From Phyllobates terribilis (taxonomy: Eukaryota), in NCBI RefSeq assembly GCF_046119375.1, contig NW_027362767.1:410502001-410566000 (forward strand): 64,000 bases of DNA, written 5' to 3'. The notes below the pieces were generated by a model that was not told where the DNA came from, ran no database searches, and saw only the letters and a list, made by a program, of their open reading frames with translations. This document shows positions 58,037-64,000 of the stretch, in pieces (positions within the stretch are counted from its first letter, which is position 1; every line of letters begins with the position of its first letter). Both the position numbers and the translations under genes were made by a program.

Positions 58037-61000
58037 TAGTGATAGCGTGCGTGCTCGCCACTGCACGGTACTTGTCCAATCATCTCACTGCTCGAGATGC
58101 TCAGCATTCCTCGAGTATTTCCGGGGTTGCTCGGCGGGAGCTCCGGTCCCCTCCCCGCATATTTGGCGCTCTTTAGAGAGCCAATTAACATGCAGGGATT
58201 GGCTGACACTCACTGTAATGCCGTAGCCATGTTGGTTGTGGCATTACAGTGATTGGCTGGCCGCATAGCGTCATCTGGTCTATATCAGACCGGGTGGCCT
58301 TAAGCTTGTCACAGTGTACTGCAAAAACAGGCAAAGTAGGGAGAGGTGCTGCTGAGTGAGGGATAGAATTGGTGGTTGTTTTACTGAGGTATTAGGTATT
58401 CCACAGAAATATATACTGTACATCTAAACTAACAGTCCTTCTGATGACTAATCAAGCTGCATATATTACTGGTAATAGCAGAAGTTACGCAGAGTTTGTG
58501 GACAGTGTATACAGCACAATAGGGTCCATTGCACATTCTGTGCATGTTCTGTCTGCTGCTGCAGTTACAGATATCCATAGTCCTACATATTAGGGCTATT
58601 TTTCTTTTCTTAATCCTGATTATTTGCTTAAAAAGCAATACAGTACTCCATTTTCTGCTCCATTTGCCTGTTAGCAGAATACAGCCAGCTAATTTGATTT
58701 TATTCACATTGCTGGATTGTGCAAGCAGAGAAACTTTTCCATCATCACACGTGATCCCATATTACTGCAGTAATAATACAGACATCTTTTGGAGCGTCAG
58801 CCATCTGTGTTTTGTTGAACCTATTCACACTTGATCGCTGACCAATACTGTACTGCAAGGCCAAAGCATAAAGCCTAGATCATCACACGTTATTGCATAT
58901 TACTGCGGTAATAATACAGACATTTTGTGGAGGGTGCCAAATATTCCACTCCATTTAATGTCAGCCATCTGTGTTTTGATGAACCTATTCACACTTGGTC
59001 GCTGACCAATACTGTACTACAAGGCCACAGAAAAAAACGTGGTCATCACACGTGATCGCATATTACTGCGGTAATAATGCAGACATTTTGTGGAGCGTGC
59101 CAAATATTACACTCCATTTAAAATAGTAAAGGAGTGTAACAAGGGACGGGGAAGTGGACGTGATGGTGATGGTGCACGCAGAGGCCGAGGCCATGGGCAA
59201 GATGAAACTGTGCCTGCTGAGGGAGCACAACAAACACCCATATCATGTCAAACTACCTTCCTGTTCCAATTTCTTGGGGGCTGTGGAACACCACTCTTGA
59301 ATCCAGAGCAGTGTTAAAAGGTTGTTGGTTGGATAGCAGATAATGCTTCCAGTCACTTTGCCACCACCACCACGCTGTCTTCCACACGGTCAAGTCTCAG
59401 TAGCCGTGAGTCTGAAGCACATATTCCTCACCATGATCCTCCTTCCTCCCACCATGCCATGTGCCTGGAGACAAGTGATCCCACACTTGGACACTCCAAA
59501 GAGCTGTTCACTTTTCCATATATAGATTCGGGCCTCTCGCCCGGCCAGCTTCAAGCATAGCAAGAGGAGATTGCATGTAGCGATGCCCAAACATTTGAGT
59601 AGCCAGGGTCACATGAAGGTGATGGTGGGAAACTGCAATTTCTGTTGCAAGAGGTGGATGATGATGAGACACAATTACCAGAAAGTCAGGAGGAGGACAA
59701 GGGTGCGGAAGTAGAAGACTAGGTGGTGGACGATGAAGTCACTGACCCAACCAGGCATGGTGACATGCAGAGCGAGGACAGCAGCACACAAGGAGATAGA
59801 GGCATAGCACCACAACAGCCAGGAACAAGTAGTGTGGTGGCCACAAACACTAGGCGAGTCTGGTTCTTTATTAAAGACTGTCCAGATAACCCCAAAAAGG
59901 CCATTTGCAACATCTTCCAGGCCAGCATCAGCAGGGGCAGCAAAACTACCAGCCTGAACACCACCAGTATACTCAGGCACATGACAGCAAAGCACCCGAC
60001 TAGGCAGGCCGAATGCCAGGGTCCAGAAACAGTGTCTGTGGGTGACACCGTTTGTTTCGCTGTTTTGCGTGCACACCAATCTCCTGTCCATGGCGCAGGC
60101 AAAGATGCCTTCTGCCCTGCACCTATTGTGGCACACTTGCAACCATCACTGTCACCATCCTCGTTCTTGTCCCAGCACAGCTTTCAGTTGTCCCTACTCC
60201 AGTCTTTGGAACACAAGCGCAAATACAAAGCCAAAGCCCCACAGGCCACACTACTAAACTCACACATTTCTTAAATGCTTGCGCTTGAAATGTTGCATTT
60301 TAAGTTTGTGGAGACGGAGTCTTTCCGCAACCTAATGGCGGTGGCCACCCCTCACTACTCGCTCGCCAGCCGCCACTATTTGTCCTCATGTGTCGTCCCC
60401 ACATTACACATTTACATGTCCCAGAACATTAGTCATGCCCTCAGCAACACAGTTACTGGGAAGGTTCACCTAACCACAGATACGTGGACAAGTGCTTGTG
60501 GCCAGGGACGGTACATCTCGCTGACGGCACACTGGGTTAATATTGTGGAAGCCGGGACCCAGTCAGACCTTGGGACGGAATACATCCTCCCGACGCCAAG
60601 GATTGCAGGCCCTGGGTCAGTCAGGGCTGCCTTCACATTCTACAGCTCCTGCACCACCTCCTACTTCTCAGCCTCCATGTCTGAAATCACCACATCAGTC
60701 ACAAGCTGGATGCACTGCAGTACTGCCTCGGTCAAGCGGCAACAGGCACTGCTGAAGCTAATATGCTTAGGGGAAAAACCAAACACCTCTGAAAAGTTGG
60801 TGACAGCTGTAATAGAGGAGGCAGATGTGTGGCTGTCACCGCTGAATCTACAGCCAGGTATGGTCATTTGTAACAATGGCCAGAACCTGATGGCGGCTCT
60901 GAAACTAGGCAACCTCATATAAGTATCATGCCTGACCCATGTGTTCAACCTAGTGGTTCAGCGGTTTCTCAAAACCTACCCAGATCTGCCTGATCTGCTT

Positions 61001-62998
61001 GTCAATGTATGCCGCATGTGTGCCAATTTCAGAAAGTCATCTACAGCTTCCGCAGCGCTCTCCGCGTTTCAGCAGCATTGGCAGCTTCCAACTCACCAAC
61101 TGGTGTGCGATGTCATCACGTATTGGAACTCAACCTTGCAGATGTTGGGAAGGATTTGTGAGCAGCAGAGAGCACTTGTTGAGTACCAGCATCAACACAC
61201 CCATCGGCATTCAAGTCAGCCTCCACACATAAGAACTGAGGAGTGGGCATGGTTGTCAGAGGACTCTACTCAGTTTTGAGTACTCTACCAAGATGGTGAG
61301 CAGCGATGATGCCATAATCAGAGTCACCATCCCGCTTCTCTGTCTTCTGAAACGCTTGCTGCTCACAATTAAAGAGGAGGAATTGCAGGCGCAGCATGAT
61401 GAGATGGAGCAAGGAACCATACATGGTGATGCCACACATCCCAGCCTCATCTCATCCCAACGCGGATTGGGTGCTAATGAGGAGGGGGAGGATGAGGAGG
61501 AACAGGAGTTGGTTTCCTGTGCTACATACAGTACTACCCACACAACATTCATACCGTCTGTTCAGCTTGGATGGCCTGAGGAAAGGGAGAATGAGGAGGA
61601 GGATGAGGAGGACAGGACAGGGAAGACTTGGCTGGTGGCAGTCTGGCACACATGGCTGACTTTATGTTCCGCTGTCCCACGCATTGTATGCATTTTGGCT
61701 GACAGTAATTACTAGTTGGTCATACAACTAGACCCACGCTACAAGGAGAACTTTCTATCTCTCCTTCCCGTAGCGGATAGGTCTACTAAAATGTTGCAGT
61801 ACCAGAAGGCCCTTGTTGCAAAATCATTAAAAAAATTCCCATATGAAAAAGCTGGCGGCCACAGTTTGTTGGACAACCAAAAAGTACAGGCAAGGGAGAC
61901 ACAAATACAATGCTGCAGAGGCAGAGGAAGACTGTCAAAGGTGTGGGACAGTTTTCTCAGACCCTCTCTGCGCCCAGGCCCTTATGTGCGGTGTATTCTG
62001 ACAAGAAAGGAAAAGTTTTGGAAGATGCTGAAGAAGTACCTTGCTGACTGTACCAAGGTCCTCCGTGATTCTTTAGTGCCTTATAATTATTGGGTATCCA
62101 AGCTGAACAAATGGCAAAAACTGGCTCTCTATGCCTTGGAGGTCCTGGCCTGCCCAGCTGCTAGCGTTTTGTCAGAGCGGGTTTTTAGTGCCGCCAGGGG
62201 GTGTTATAACTGATAGGCGCATCCACCTGTCAACTGAAAATGCTGACAGGCTGACTCTTATAAAAATGAACAAGGGCTGGATTGGGCCAGACTTCTCAAC
62301 ACCACCAGATGATAGCAGCAAAACATAAAGTCAAATCCAGTGGCTTTTTTGGGAGGTGTCTATTCCCATGCACCTCTTCACACTCAGTAAAAACTTCCTG
62401 ATTTTTTCTATTTTCTGTTGTCTTTCTCCGTGTCCTCATCCTCCAGCACCATATCACCAAGGTGATGCAACACCTACCTAATTTTTTTGCAAGGGTATTT
62501 ATGATGCCCATAGGAATTTTTTTTAGAGGCCTACCTCTAACATTCTGTATGTTATACAGTATGTTCATGTATACCCCCAGGGGTAAATTTTTTTCAGCCC
62601 ATGCTCTTAGAGCATGGGCATTACCAGTAAAGGAGACCCATTCCTTAACAATGGTAACAATTTTTTTAATGAGAATCTCCTCTTTGTCTCTTCAAAGGGG
62701 TATTGGAGCGCATCCTAATTTTTGGCAGCCCTTGCAGTCACAGCTTATGCAATAATAGTATAGGTGACCCATTCCTTTATAATGGGAACATTTTTTTTTA
62801 TTGAGGCCCTCCTCTATGTCTCTTCAAAGGGGTATTGGAGTGTGCCCTAACATTTGGCGGCCCTTGCAGTCACTGCATACGCTATAACAGTATAGAAGAC
62901 CCGCTCCTTAATAATGGGAAATATTTTTTTTAAATCAGGCCCTCTTTGTCTTCAAAGGTGTATTGGGGTTTTTCCAAATTTTGGGCAGGCCTTACAGT
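58037..62998 (+). mobile_element. Second hAT family-B element; its right end was not found before the next insertion
   Basis: Degenerate terminus TAGTGATAGCG at 58037. The 5' subterminal sequence is homologous to 28261-28790 and 34575-35260; 3' subterminal about 130-bp repeats resemble 38590-38980. Confidence 0.75.
59122..62328 (+). pseudogene. hAT family-B transposase pseudogene
   Basis: BED (VWFFIKDCPDNPKKAICNI..ILRHMTAKH), VHLTTDTWTS, NLVVQRFL, WNSTLQML, QLDPRYK and hATC (YWVSKLNKWQKLALYALEVLACPAASVLSERVFS), split by stops and frameshifts. Confidence 0.9.
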
Positions 62999-64000
62999 TA
63001 GTGATGAGCGAGTACTATAATATTCGTAATTGCTATACTCGTAGCAAGTACTTTGTAATAATCGCGTATTTGTTCCGAATAGCGAATACAATGTAAGTCA
63101 ATGGGTAATGTGAGTAATTTTCTGCTGGACCCTACAAAAGGGTCTGGGGACCTAAGGAAAAGTCTGAAATGGTTGGAAAAGTGATGAAACAGAATGGAAA
63201 GAGCCAGGAGAATATGCCTGCATGCATTTCTGACTCACATATGGTTTCTGGGAATAAGTTTGCCGCAGTATTGCACCACTTTTACAGACACACAAGAACA
63301 ACCACCAAACCAAACCTAAATTGCACCTAACCTAACAGGCCAAAAAGGTTAAGAAACAGTTTTTCCTGCATAATCACTTATATATAAGGCTAAATAAACC
63401 AGAGAAACCCAAAATATCCCTTTTAGCATTTGTTCACACATACTGTGGTGGCTTTTTTTCACCTTTTACAATTGGGAGGGCCCTGACTTGTACATTTTGT
63501 AGGTCCCTCTGTCATACATCATTTTTAGTTTGCTATTCTCCAGCACTTTACAATCACCGCTAGAACGCACCAGTAGGTATGTTGATCTTTGACCTGAGAG
63601 GCCTCAGGTGGCTCTGTAACATGAGTTTTGGAGGGACAGATGTTACTTAGACATTTGGGCGGTCCCTCCATCATTGACACTCAGATAGTGGAATACATAT
63701 TCCATAGCAGTTTACAATGTGCTCATTGTAGTGTTGGGCTTGACCCTCCTCCTCCTCCTCTTCCACCACCATGTGATACTGCAGCTCTAAATTCAAATGT
63801 TCAGAGGGCCTTCAGTAGGCAGGAAAGCTGAGTTTTTTGAGAACCCTCATGTGGCCCTGTAACATACATTTAGAAGTGCCCTCTTCTAGAAATTTTGGAG
63901 GTCTCTCTTGTGTACATTTGAGAGTGCCCTCACTTATTCATATAGTAGGGCCCTCACTATATTATTTAACTCATTTAAGGATAGAGACTACAGAGAAAAA
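62999..64000 (+). mobile_element. Further hAT-type element starting at 62999 and running off the window
   Basis: TAGTGATGAGCGAGT terminus with a different subterminal sequence (AAGTCAATGGG motif). No coding evidence; the right extent is assumed. Confidence 0.55.

Overview
Eukaryotic, very probably anuran (frog) genomic DNA; the taxon is inferred from the transposon families and the olfactory-receptor type. The window is a small olfactory-receptor (OR) cluster buried in nested transposons. It holds one intact OR (20442-21398), one OR with a single C-terminal frameshift (53889-54844) and one decayed OR (about 55885-56510), all on the + strand. Left block (1-14748): a Tc1 element is split by a hAT element (1143-aa BED/hAT transposase ORF cut by a 5'-truncated CR1 LINE) and by a young Gypsy LTR element that has lost its reverse transcriptase. 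Middle block: a 22.5-kb composite hAT element (28261-50805, 8-bp TSD) contains two Tc1 copies, a minisatellite-carrying Helitron, a Penelope-like foldback with a hammerhead-ribozyme motif, and a non-autonomous LTR element. That LTR element is in turn interrupted by a hAT foldback element that carries a solo LTR. The most unusual observation is that this LTR element (40767-50737, TSD CGAG, tRNA-Ser PBS, PPT) shows no recognisable gag or pol. Instead it carries a frameshifted ORF ending in a cold-shock (Csp/Y-box-type) nucleic-acid-binding domain. Most short ORFs in the supplied track are artefacts of repeats or alternative start codons. All coordinates and alignments were read by eye.
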